Shown one piece after another: positions 1 to 11,505 of a stretch of DNA of 34,936 bases (within the stretch, counting starts at the first letter, position 1; every line of letters begins with the position of its first letter). The notes under the pieces were generated by a model. The model did no database searches. It saw only the letters and a program-made list of their open reading frames with translations, and had not been told where the DNA came from. Source of the stretch: Octopus sinensis (lineage: Eukaryota); contig NW_021829920.1 in the NCBI RefSeq assembly GCF_006345805.1, positions 1 to 34,936 on the forward strand, written 5' to 3'. Made by a program: the position numbers and the translations under genes.

Positions 1-400
1 CCATAAGACATAACAATGCATCTAAAAGTGAGGCTCCAATTGTCCTTTACGGGATAGAAACTTGAGAATGTACACAACTATGGTGAAAAAGCTGGAAGCT
101 TTTGAAATTTGGATCCTTTGCAGATTGGGCAGGGCAAGCTGGAAAGACAGGGTAACAAATGCTGCAGCATTGTCAAGAATCAAAACCACAAAGCTATAAC
201 ATTTTCAACATACAATGCACAACGAGTCATTGCTTAAAACCATTCTGACAGGAATTTTTGATGCGAAGAGAGTCAGAGGCCAGGAAAGACGTTTGTGAGC
301 GACAACATCAAATAATGGATTGGAAACATGAGACTGGTCCATTGTATGCATACAGCACAAAATAGGGAGAGCTGGGGTCTCAGCAAACCGACCCTTGAAC
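1..400 (+). mobile_element. Decayed RTE-clade LINE, C-terminal end of the RT ORF (runs off window start)
   Basis: Manual translation from 80 gives MVKKLEAFEIWILCRLGRASWKDRVTNAAAL; from ~230 it gives LLKTILTGIFDAKRVRGQERR...DNIK*W. These match the RTE signatures KLEAFEMW..R.L.ISW.DRVTN and GKR.RGR....W.DNIK. Stops and frameshifts are present; the 3' limit is approximate. Confidence 0.82.
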
Positions 401-696
401 GTAGGAAGAGCTGATAGAAATAAAGGGAAATTTAGTGGAGCTGATTATGGTTATTAAAAGTATGGAGAAAACACTTAAGGGGAGTGTACTACAAACTAAA
501 TGCAAATACGCTATAGTCTCATATGTGTAATACAGTGAACGGGAAAACTTCGAACAATTGATTTATCCATATGATTAGGAATCAAAAACTCCCTCTATAG
601 AGAAGGGGTTATAATCTAAAAAATACAAACCCGGGAGATAATTGAGAGAATTGTAAGGTGAAGAACACACCTGTTGCCCTTCTATACTTCTGACGG

Positions 697-1075
697 AAAG
701 GCTTTTGTGGTTAAGAAGTTTGCTTTGCAACCATAAGGTCTCAGGTTCGGTCCCACGGCATGGCACCCTAGGCAAGTGTTTTCTCTTATAACACCGAGCC
801 GACTAATACCTCGTGAGTGAATATGGTACACGAAAACTGTGTGGAAGCCCGTTTCATCTGTGTGTGTCTTTGTGTTTGTACCTCTCCACTGCCTGACAAC
901 CGGTGTTAGTTTCTCTACGTCCCCGTAACTTAGCGGTTCGTCAAAATAGAACGATGGAATAAGTGACAGATTAAAAGAAATAACTTAAGTATTAGGGTCG
1001 ATTTGTTCACCTGAAACTCCTTCAAGGTGATGCCCCTGCATGGCCGCAGTCCAATGACTGAAACAAGTAAAAGGT
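697..1075 (+). mobile_element. tRNA-derived SINE, family A (diverged, near full length)
   Basis: Head TGTGGTTAAGAAG...GGTTCGGTCCC (A/B-box-like), core GGCACCCTAGGCAAGTGT, short internal (TG)n and tail ...CATGGCCGCAGTCCAATGACTGAAACAAGTAAAAG. Colinear with the copies at 10717-11100 and 20766-21097. Confidence 0.8.
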
Positions 1076-1127
1076 CAAAAGATATACGAATTACCATACT
1101 GCGTCATCACTACATCATGCTTTCAAC

Positions 1128-1410
1128 CACTACTACTACTACTACCACGACTACTACTGCTACTACTACTGCTAATGCTGCTGCTGCTGCTACTACTACT
1201 ACTACTACTAAACCATACTATTCGAATGCGTCACAAATAGCCGCATTAGCACATAAACATCACTATATCCATCACCATCGCCACCACCACCATCATACCA
1301 TATACACACTACTACCAGGACTACCACCTAGAACACTACACCATAGCTACTACTACCAATACACCGATATCACTTCACACAACAATTACCACCACCGCCG
1401 CCATCGCCTA
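1128..1410. repeat. Low-complexity (ACT)n/(GCT)n/(CAC)n trinucleotide tract
   Basis: Directly visible; explains the Thr/His-rich ORF 1027-1440. Confidence 0.9.
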
Positions 1411-1613
1411 TATAACAAGATTATCCCTTCATTAATATAAATTAAGCCGTTCTGTTTTTGTTATTGTTGTTTAATCCTCGGTCTACTCCCTAATTTTCCT
1501 AATCCCTACTTTTATTTGACCCCTTAAATATCCCCTGCCCCGCCCCTATGTTTCGGCATAACTGCTCTCGATCGTCGCTTAATTGTACGTTCCTTAATAT
1601 CACAGCTGTTTGT

Positions 1614-1748
1614 AAGGCGGCAAGCTGGCAGAATCGTTAGCACGCCGGACAGAATGCGTTGCGAAATTTCGTCCATCTTTACGTTCAGAGTTCAAATCCA
1701 GTCAAGGTCGACTTTCCCTTCCGTCCCTTTCAGAGATCGATAAAATAG
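1614..1748 (+). mobile_element. SINE family B, 5' part
   Basis: AAGGCGGCAAGCTGGCAGAATCGTTAGCACGCCGG...GAGTTCAAATCCAGTCAAGGTCGACTTT; colinear with 32225-32340. Confidence 0.8.
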
Positions 1749-1832
1749 CTGCAACTCGCCTGAGACCGACGAACTAGGTTCCTTTGACGAGTTCAGGTTG
1801 CATGGGACCGAATCAAACTGTTATATATATAT

Positions 1833-2025
1833 TACTCTTTTACTTGTTTCAGTCATTTGACTGCGGCCATGCTAGAGCACCGCCTTTAGTCGAACAAATC
1901 TACACCAGGACTTATTCTTTGTAAGCCTAGTACTTTTCTATCGGCCTCTTTTGCTGAACCGCTAAGTTGCGGGGACGTAAACACACCACCATCGGTTGGT
2001 CAAGCGATGTTGGGGGGACAAACAT
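1833..2025 (-). mobile_element. SINE family A, 3' half
   Basis: Reverse complement matches 10915-11100 (e.g. CTTTTACTTGTTTCAGTCATTTGACTGCGGCCATGC...GATGTTGGGGGGACAAAC). It then runs into a compound microsatellite where family A carries its internal SSR. Confidence 0.85.
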
Positions 2026-2360
2026 ATACACGCACATACACATACATGATATATATATATATAGAGAGAAGGAGAGAGAGAGAGAGAGGGGGGGAGGGAG
2101 GAGGGAGGGAGAAAAAGAGAGAGAGAGAGAAATCCACATGCGTGTGTCTATGTCTGTATGTTTTTTATGTTTGTATTTATGTATATACCTGTGCGGGTAT
2201 GCGGGTGGACATATGCGCATATAAAATATATGCATATGCATGTGTATGTGTGTGTATGTGTGTGTATGAGGGTATGCATAAGTGTATGCATGTGTGTATA
2301 TGAGGGTATACATAAGTGTTTGTGTGTGTGTGTGTTTATGTCCGTGTATTTGTATCGTGT
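2026..2360. repeat. Compound (AC)/(AT)/(AG)/(TG) microsatellite
   Basis: Directly visible. Confidence 0.9.
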
Positions 2361-2622
2361 CCATACTTCAGGACACCAAATGTATATAGTACTCGATACA
2401 GAGATGTAGAGTTACGTATTTGTATTTCTTAGATGAAATACAGAAACTGCTGAAGCTACTCAGGGGTTTTGCAAACTCTCTTAAATCCATTGCAATGCTG
2501 GAAACTCTTCTCTGTTGTTAGCCTGTATCTCAGAGTCACAAACGTTTCGACCCATAGCTGTACGTTTCACCTGGATAGGGTAGCGAGGACTGAACTAGTC
2601 GTTACCTACGGAAGGGTTCAAG

Positions 2623-2880
2623 AAGGGGTTCCCAACCATTTTGTTATCTATGAACCCCTTTGATTACTACTTTATTGACGTGGATCCCCCATAGTCATTC
2701 GAAGTTTAAAACTAGTTTTACAGAAACTTTCCTAATTCCTGTCAGAGAAAGAAACCCAGCTGTTTCTTGTAATACGTACCAATACATACTTCTAAATTTA
2801 CTATTTCTTCTGTCCCATCCCCACCCCTTAAATCTTATATGGACTCTCAGGGGCAAATGGACGCCGGTTGAGAAGCACTG
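2623..2880. mobile_element. hAT (Charlie-like) MITE, ~258 bp
   Basis: Imperfect 15-bp TIRs AAGGGGTTCCCAACC (2623-2637) and GGTTGAGAAGCACTG (2866-2880), 11/15 matching and of the CAGGGGTTCCCAACC/CAGTGGTTCTCAACC type. The 8-bp flanks GGTTCAAG/GGTTAGAG match at 6/8, consistent with a decayed hAT TSD. Subterminal TGGACCCC-like motifs lie near both ends. Confidence 0.6.
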
Positions 2881-3023
2881 GGTTAGAGTTTTTCAATAAT
2901 GTCGCTATCAACAGTATTGGTCTTGATCTAAGGGTCTGAAGATCGAGGCCGTGAAACCCATGACAGGCCACACAATAAGTCGAGTCATATTACTTTATAA
3001 TAAATACAAATGTGTACGTGCGG

Positions 3024-3024
<1 letters not shown>

Positions 3025-3097
<73 letters not shown>
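3025..3097. repeat. (GT)n microsatellite
   Basis: Directly visible. Confidence 0.95.
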
Positions 3098-3100
<3 letters not shown>

Positions 3101-3589
3101 AAGATAAGTGTCAAAAGCCAAGGAAAGTGGTCTTGAGGATGTTTGTTGTCAAAAATTGATTTATGTGTGTACATATGTGCATATATATATATATATATAG
3201 TTATTGTGTGTGCGTGTGTATGCGTTTTGCATGTTGTATTTGTACACAGCTTGTCACCCGGTGTGTACACAGAACCACCCTAAAGAGACAACCGACACAA
3301 CAACAGTCAAATGTCACGTGTCACGTGACATGTGTTTACAGAAGCTTAATTATGTTGACCTTTTTATGTAGAGCTGTCAAATAAATGAGCCCTTCTGGTC
3401 AGAATGAGGGCCATACACCCGATGTACCTACCTACCCGACTTGGGGATGGGGGGGACAGTGCCAACAGAGCGCAGCTTGTTCACTCTCTGCCACTGACTC
3501 TATACAATTGAAGTGATACGTGCGAATGTATATAATCAGCGTATTATGATTACTATTAATATACTCCGGCACTCTATCTATTCCGCATT

Positions 3590-4112
3590 TTACACACACA
3601 CACACACATACACACACACACACCACACACACACACACATATATATAAATATATATGTATGTATGTATTTATGTACGTAAAGTAAGAGACACTTGTGAAT
3701 ACATATATACATGCATGCATACATACATACATTTGTGCATACATGCATACATATATATATATGTCTATCTGGATGTTTTGTTGTCCTTTTTTGTATCACC
3801 TAATTGTCCGGATGTTTTGCGTTCTTGTCCCATTTATATATATACACACACAATGTACATGCATACCCATATACATATTGCATACAATACTATATATAAT
3901 ATATAGATTATATATATATATATATATATATAAAACTCAACTTTTTTATATAGATATAGATATATATATATATATATTATATCTATATATATATATATAT
4001 ATATGAATGCATACACTATATATATTCATCAATTACGTCATGCATACATACATACATATACAATACATAATACATATACGCATGCATAACATACGTATGT
4101 ATTCTATATATC

Positions 4113-4147
<35 letters not shown>

Positions 4148-4350
4148 CATGCATTACATACAAGTCATACGTACATACACTCATACATACATACATACAC
4201 TCAGACATATTTACATACGTAATACATATGTACAAACATACAAACATACAAACATACAACATACATACATAATATAACATACATACATACATGCATGCAT
4301 ACATACATACATACATCATACATACATACATACATACATGTATGTATGTT
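3590..4350. repeat. Large compound (CA)/(TA)/(TACA) microsatellite block
   Basis: Directly visible. Confidence 0.92.
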
Positions 4351-4443
4351 TGAACGGTAAACTAACAATTTTGATCGTGGACTTATCCCATTTTGCTCAA
4401 TAAATTATTGAGCTCTTTTCTTGGTGTTCTTCGTTAAAAAGCC

Positions 4444-4453
4444 CACACACAAA

Positions 4454-4494
<41 letters not shown>

Positions 4495-4745
4495 ACACAC
4501 ACACACATACACACACACAATGATTGTTATTCAAACATCTTTACACACATTAATATTGTAAAGCTTACCTTAGTCCAATGTACATCTGCAGCGTGGTTTG
4601 AACTCGCATGGCCTGGGGTCAAGTACCGTCTGCCATTCCGTGTCATAGATTTCCCGACACTCTTTCACTCATCTGCAACCAACACCACCACCACCACTAT
4701 TACCAATACTACAACAATCACTACTACTACTACTACTACTACTAC

Positions 4746-4787
<42 letters not shown>

Positions 4788-4793
4788 TAATAA

Positions 4794-4824
<31 letters not shown>

Positions 4825-4895
4825 AATGACAATACTATTATCACTACCACTACTAACTCTACCACTAACACTACTACTATCACCACCACCACAAT

Positions 4896-4934
<39 letters not shown>

Positions 4935-4947
4935 TACTACTACTACA
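4444..4947. repeat. (CA)n followed by an (ACC)/(ACT)/(AAT) trinucleotide ladder, with a short unique spacer at ~4520-4675
   Basis: Directly visible. Confidence 0.88.
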
Positions 4948-5198
4948 AACGTTTAGCACTGGTCGGTTTTTCTAGGGAGCATGCCAATAACAATTAATCC
5001 CTGCGCTATTGGCAGACTGCGGGCGGTGATTAATTAGGTGTAGAATAATTAAGAGATGTGTCTGATGATATGAAACAGGTTTGTTAAATTAACAACAATA
5101 ACAAATATTTGTTTTGTCACTGGGTCTAAAGGAATGACATCGAGCCCACTGCTTGGACTAGACAAGACAAAGCATTCGTCCAGTGCTCTACGCATTCC

Positions 5199-5814
<616 letters not shown>

Positions 5815-5843
5815 ATAATAATAATAATGATAGCAACAACACT

Positions 5844-5909
5844 TAGTTCACTGGTAGTGAACAGCTGGCACCGTAGTACATCTCCAGCGTTAGGAGCTGT
5901 GCAAAGACA

Positions 5910-5912
<3 letters not shown>
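5844..5912 (+). mobile_element. Very short 3' end of an R4/Dong-type LINE
   Basis: 69-bp match (9 mismatches) to 6243-6311, the 3' UTR following the QKTALRGIARILRKVL motif; followed by (AAT)n. Confidence 0.7.
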
Positions 5913-5943
<31 letters not shown>

Positions 5944-5944
5944 G

Positions 5945-6114
5945 TACTTTCTACTAACGTACAAGGTCTGAAATTTTGGGGAGGGGACTAGTTGATTACA
6001 TCGACCCCAGTGCTTCACCGCAACTTAATTTATCGACCCCGAAAGAATGAAAGGAAAAGGCGACCTCGGTGGAATTTGAACTCAGAAGATGCAAATGATT
6101 CTGCCAGCTCACTG

Positions 6115-6116
<2 letters not shown>
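5945..6116 (-). mobile_element. SINE family B, B2-type tail, internally deleted
   Basis: TTTCTACTAACGTACAAGGTCTGAAATTTTGGGGAGGGG...ATCGACCCCAGTGC...GGAATTTGAACTCAGAA...TTCTGCCAGCTC is the reverse complement of the B head and core with the tail type also seen at 32150-32224. Confidence 0.8.
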
Positions 6117-6152
<36 letters not shown>

Positions 6153-6170
6153 TAATAATAATAATAATAA

Positions 6171-6312
6171 ACAAGCAGAAAACAGCACTGCGTGGAATCG
6201 CTCGAATACTCCGGAAAGTGCTCGAAAACTAAGAGGTGTTATCTTAGTACATTGGTAGTAAACAGCTGATACCGTAGTACATCTCTAGCGTTACAAGCTG
6301 TGCAAAGGCAAT
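6171..6312 (+). mobile_element. 5'-truncated R4/Dong-clade LINE 3' end inserted in (TAA)n
   Basis: 6173-6232 translates KQKTALRGIARILRKVLEN*, resembling the QK.ALLGTARILRKVL terminus of R4/Dong ORFs. An ~80-bp 3' UTR follows, with (AAT)n on both flanks. Dong elements are known TAA-repeat targeters. Confidence 0.8.
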
Positions 6313-6351
6313 GACAATAATAATAATTAATTATTATTATTATTATTATTA

Positions 6352-6401
<50 letters not shown>

Positions 6402-6402
<1 letters not shown>

Positions 6403-6575
6403 AAGATAGGAGTAAATGTGAAGATGGAGCACCTACAGAAAATTGCACTGCTTGGAACCTTCGCAAAGTTCCTAAAATCTGAATCAAAAAATGCTTGTTA
6501 CCTTTGTATTCCACTGATTGTTAACAGCTGATAATTTTGTTACGCCTTCCAGTGAAGGTGCTGAGTTAGACAACA
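6402..6575 (+). mobile_element. Second, more diverged R4/Dong-type 3' end
   Basis: 6406-6459 translates IGVNVKMEHLQKIALLGT, then a short deletion, then CTTCGCAAAGTT (LRKV). The UTR shares AACAGCTGATA with the copy at 6171. Confidence 0.75.
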
Positions 6576-6714
6576 ATCACAACAACAATTATGATAATTA
6601 CAATAACAACAATAAAACCATCAACATCAACAATTATAAAAAGCAATGAAAATTGTATCTAATTTATATACATGATACCTCAACCTGTGAAACAAGTGTA
6701 TATATTTGGTTAAA

Positions 6715-6880
6715 TTGATTGAGCCCCCAATACTTGACTGTCAACCCCTATTTTATCCATCCCTGGTGTGGAGTGAAATCGACTTGCGTAGGATTTGAAC
6801 CTGAAAGTTAAAGGAATGTGACTAAATACCGCAGAGCATTTTGTCCTGAGCTTCACTGATTCTTGCTGTCTGTCGCCCCA
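6715..6880 (-). mobile_element. Old, highly diverged family-B-like SINE
   Basis: Colinear remnants of the B reverse complement: CCCCAATACTTGACTG, TATTTTATC, AATCGAC, GATTTGAAC, AAATACCGC..AGCATTTT, GATTCT. Confidence 0.55.
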
Positions 6881-7362
6881 ACATCAACAGCAGCGGCGAT
6901 AGCTACGTCACGCTGTATCGATAGCAGCAACAGTTTTATCTGCATTGATAGCGGCATCAGTAACAACAACTGCAGTATTAGTAGCAGAAGCAACACTAGT
7001 ATCAACAGTCACTACTAGTGTTACGTAATGATATTTTGAAATTGAGATAATATTTATAGAGAAAAAATGCGTGCTTCTAAAATGCGAAGATAAGCAGAAA
7101 ACAAAAAATGTCGGACAAGAATTAGAACTCTTCAGTACTGGAGTTTGAGAAACAGGGTGACCTGATGTTAATGTTGCGTCTGCTGTAACATCGCCATAAC
7201 AACAACACCGGCTGCATACTAACAACACCAACAACACAGCTATAACGGTGGCACGCTTACAACATACTAATACTACAACGCTATCAACAAAATACTACGA
7301 CAACTACACTTACAAGCACATTAACACTGCCACTACTAACAGATCTTACACCACACCTCTAC

Positions 7363-7692
7363 ATAGGAGCACTCCGTCGGTTGCGACGATGAGGGTCCCA
7401 GCAGATACGATCAACGGAACAGCTTGCTCGTGAAATTAACATGCAAGTGGCTGAGTACGCCACAAACACGTGTACCCTTAACGTAATTCTTTGGGGAGAT
7501 TCAGCGTGACACAGTGTGTGACAAGACTGGCCCTTTGAAATACAGGTACAACTCATTTTTGCCAGCTGAGTGGACTAGAGCAGCGTGAAACAAAATGTCT
7601 TGCTCAAGGACAAAACGCACCGCCGGGAATTGAACTCACGACCTTACGGTCATGAGCCGAATGCCCCTAACCACTAAGCCACGCGCCTTCAC
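7363..7692 (-). mobile_element. Full-length tRNA-derived SINE, family D1 (330 bp), perfect 15-bp TSD
   Basis: Minus-strand head GGCGCGTGGCTTAGTGGTTAGGG...GAGTTCAATTCCC and core GTCCTTGAGCAAGACA...GTCCACTCAGCTGGCAAAAATGAGT. TSD ACACCACACCTCTAC at 7348-7362 and 7693-7707. Confidence 0.9.
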
Positions 7693-8035
7693 ACACCACA
7701 CCTCTACTACCACACAAACAGCAACACGGACCACAACCACATTTACAAACATACTGCGGCTATCGCACTTATGCTACATCTCTACTACCACGCAAACAAC
7801 AAATAGACAGCAACTACACTTACGATCACACTGCCGCTACCACACAACACAACACCCAACACTACTACCACACAAGCAGCAACACAGACGACAACGACAC
7901 TCGCAAATACACTGCCACAATCACACAAAGCACTTGGACTATCACATTTATAGAGTCTAGGACGTTTACCCCGACCCCTAGACAATAATCCCCGCTGAGG
8001 ACAACAGATGATGATTTAAGCCTTCTTAATATATT

Positions 8036-8292
8036 AAAATAAATGCGCCCTTTTAAAGCCTAGCCAGGCTCATGGGCCCGGTTTCCCGGTTTCCATGGCG
8101 TATGTGCTCCCCAGCTGGACGGGACGCCGGTCCATCGCAGCGTTACTCATTTTTGCCAGCTGAGTGGACTGGGGCAACGTGAAATGAAGTGTTTTGCTCA
8201 AGAACACAACGCGTCTCCCGGTCCAGGAATTGAAACCACAATCTTATGATCATGATGCCGACACCCTAACCACTAAGCCACGCGCCTCCGCA
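8036..8292 (-). mobile_element. Full-length tRNA-derived SINE, family D2 (257 bp), perfect 12-bp TSD
   Basis: Same head and core as D1 but a different tail (AACGCTGCGATGGACCGGCGTCCCGTCCAG...GGCTTTAAAAGGGCGCA). TSD TCTTAATATATT at 8024-8035 and 8293-8304. Confidence 0.9.
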
Positions 8293-8339
8293 TCTTAATA
8301 TATTGGAGACGGGTATATCCTTGGGGTAGTTGTCGTTGG

Positions 8340-8592
8340 GGGAATTGAACTCAGAACGTAGCGGCAGACGAAATACCTATTTCTTTATTACTCACAAGGG
8401 GCTAAACATAGGGGAGACAAACAAGGACAGACATAGGTATTAAGTCGATTATATCGACCCCAGTGCGTAACTGGTACTTAATTTATCGACGCCGAAAGGA
8501 TGAAAGGCAAAGTCAACCTCGGCGGAATTTGAACTCAGAACGTAACGACATTTCGCCCGGCGTGCTGACGTTTCTGCCAGCTCGCCGCTTTA
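8340..8592 (-). mobile_element. SINE family B (B1 tail) plus the start of a second tandem unit
   Basis: Reverse complement: head GCGGCGAGCTGGCAGAAACG, core and tail ...AATAAAGAAATA, then re-entry into GGTATTTCGTCTGCCG...GAGTTCAATTCC (8340-8377). Confidence 0.88.
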
Positions 8593-9084
8593 CTAACGGT
8601 AACAATAACAAGAGACCACCATAACCACCACACTTACAAATACACTGCCACTCGTACGCTAACGACAATAACACACAACAAAATAACACTGGCACTACAC
8701 TTACAACACACCACCTCTACATCAAACATACAACAACGCCATAAACACCACAGGAAGAATCTTATTAGTTCACTTGAGGCGCCAGTGACTTGTGCGTGTT
8801 GAGTTCATTATTCAGTAATTACAGACGTTAACATTGGAATTAAATAGGTTATTTTCAACTACATCTGTTGCAAATAGAAAATGCACTGAATGCATCAGCT
8901 GTAGAGAATAGCCAGTGGATTACGTTGTAGCGTGTAACCAATGGATTTGTTGCAGTGAATAGCCAGTGCATTAGCGGTTACGAAAGAGGTCAGCGGAGAG
9001 AATGTACTTCCTGCCCTGACCCCGACTATCTCTCTGGCATTTATCAGAAACTGTCCACGTTCACATGAACATAGTGGTTTACAA

Positions 9085-9937
<853 letters not shown>

Positions 9938-10647
9938 ACTGGCTTCGTAACAATGAAGAAACTTCGAGAACGTGTAATTATTCTTTTTTTTTAGGAACAC
10001 TGTTCCTAACTCTGGAAGCATTTAAATATTGGGTTAAAATCACTTTTGGAAAGAAGTGGAAGACTGCCCGTGGGATGCGAACCCACATCTGAAAAGAATT
10101 ATATGTATGCGTATATAAATGTATGTGTGCAAAACAAACACATATGCATGCATGTATGTGTATGAGTGTGTGCGTATGCATCTATACGTATAAGAGTACA
10201 TATATATATGTACCCGTATGCATTATTTAATGTCTCTGAAGCCTTTATAATTTTTACATATAAATCTTACGTATACATATATATATATATATATATATAT
10301 ATGCCAGGTTCTTACATTCATATGCCACTATTTATATATAAGTGGGGACGCGTCTACGAGCGTATGCTCAAATAGATCTTGTATTTGCATTACTTGTCTT
10401 TGTTAGTTACCTCCCATAGTTTTTCCACTCTTTAATAATCTAATCCAAACGTTAAAAAGACTAACAATTGCTTCCAGGGCCTAATAAAACTTAGCATAAA
10501 TTCCGCTCGCCAATTGAATTAGCTTCAGATAGTTCTCACAATTAATTAACACATTCTTTTGAACCTGACAGCCATATAAAGAAATTCTTATCTCATTTAT
10601 ACACATTTGAATGTGCAAAAGCAGACGTACATGGATTTCTTTTACGT

Positions 10648-10705
10648 TTTATTTTTACTTGCTTCAATCATTAGACTGCGGTCATGTTGGAGCACTGTCT
10701 GGAAC
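10648..10705 (-). mobile_element. SINE family A, 3' tip
   Basis: TTTTACTTGCTTCAATCATTAGACTGCGGTCATGTTGGAGCACTG matches the reverse complement of the A tail. Confidence 0.65.
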
Positions 10706-10716
10706 AATATATATAT

Positions 10717-11100
10717 AGGCGTAGGAGTGGCTGTGTAGTAAGTAGCTTGCTTACGAACCACATGGTTCCTGGTTCAGTCCCACAGCGTGGCACCTTGGGA
10801 AAGTGTCTTCTACTATAGCCTCGAGCCGACCAAAGCCTTGTGAGTGGATTTGGTAGACGGAAACTGAAAGAAGCCCGTCGTATATATGTATATGTGTGTA
10901 TGTATATGTTTGTGTGTCTGTGTTTGTCCCCCCCCCCCAACATCGCTTGACAACCGATGCTGGTGTGTTTACGTCATCGTAACTTAGAGACCGATAGAAT
11001 AAGTACTAGGCTTACAAAGAATAAGTCGTGGGGTCGATTTGCTCGACTAAAGGCGGTGCTCCAGCCTGGCCACAATCAAATGACTGAAAGAAGTAAAAGT
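10717..11100 (+). mobile_element. Full-length SINE family A inserted in (TA)n
   Basis: Head AGGCGTAGGAGTGGCTGTGTAGTAAG...GGTTCAGTCCC, core GGCACCTTGGGAAAGTGTCTT, internal TA/TG SSR at ~10881-10915 and tail ...TGACTGAAAGAAGTAAAAG; TA repeats on both sides. Confidence 0.92.
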
Positions 11101-11142
11101 GTATATATATAGTATTATATATATATATATATATATATATGT

Positions 11143-11302
11143 ACGACGAGCTTCGTTCAGTTTCCGTCTATTAAAATCTACTCACAAGATTTTGATCAGC
11201 CCGTATCTATAGTTGAAGATAGTTGCCCGAAGTGCCCTGCAGGTTGACTGAACCTGGAACCACGTGGTTGGGAAGCAAGCTTCTTACTACACAACTACGC
11301 CT
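11143..11302 (-). mobile_element. SINE family A, 5' half only
   Basis: Reverse complement of 10717-10880; ends in (TA)n. Confidence 0.82.
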
Positions 11303-11347
11303 TTATATGTGTCAGTGTGTGTACGCGCGCGCGCATATGTGTGCATA

Positions 11348-11505
11348 TACGATAGGCTTCCATGTAGTTTCCGTCTACCAAATTCACTCACAAGGGCATT
11401 GGTCGACCCCGTGGCTATAGCCGAAGACACTTTCCCAAGGTGCCGTGCAGTGGAACTGAACTCGGAACCACATCCTGACAAAGCGAGCTTCTTAACCACT
11501 CAGGT
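11348..11505 (-). mobile_element. SINE family A, 5' half only (diverged)
   Basis: GTTTCCGTCTACCAAATTCACTCACAAGG...GAAGACACTTTCCCAAGGTGCC...GGAACCAC is the reverse complement of the A head and core. Confidence 0.8.

Noticed and set aside
4985-5045. CCAAT, TAATCC, GC-box and TAATTA motif patch
   Set aside because: These are short common motifs with no TSS or conservation evidence available from sequence alone.
7620-7692. tRNA genes at the SINE heads (also 8225-8292, 10717-10790, 31732-31794)
   Set aside because: They have A/B boxes but no complete cloverleaf or acceptor stem, and they continue into SINE bodies, several with TSDs.
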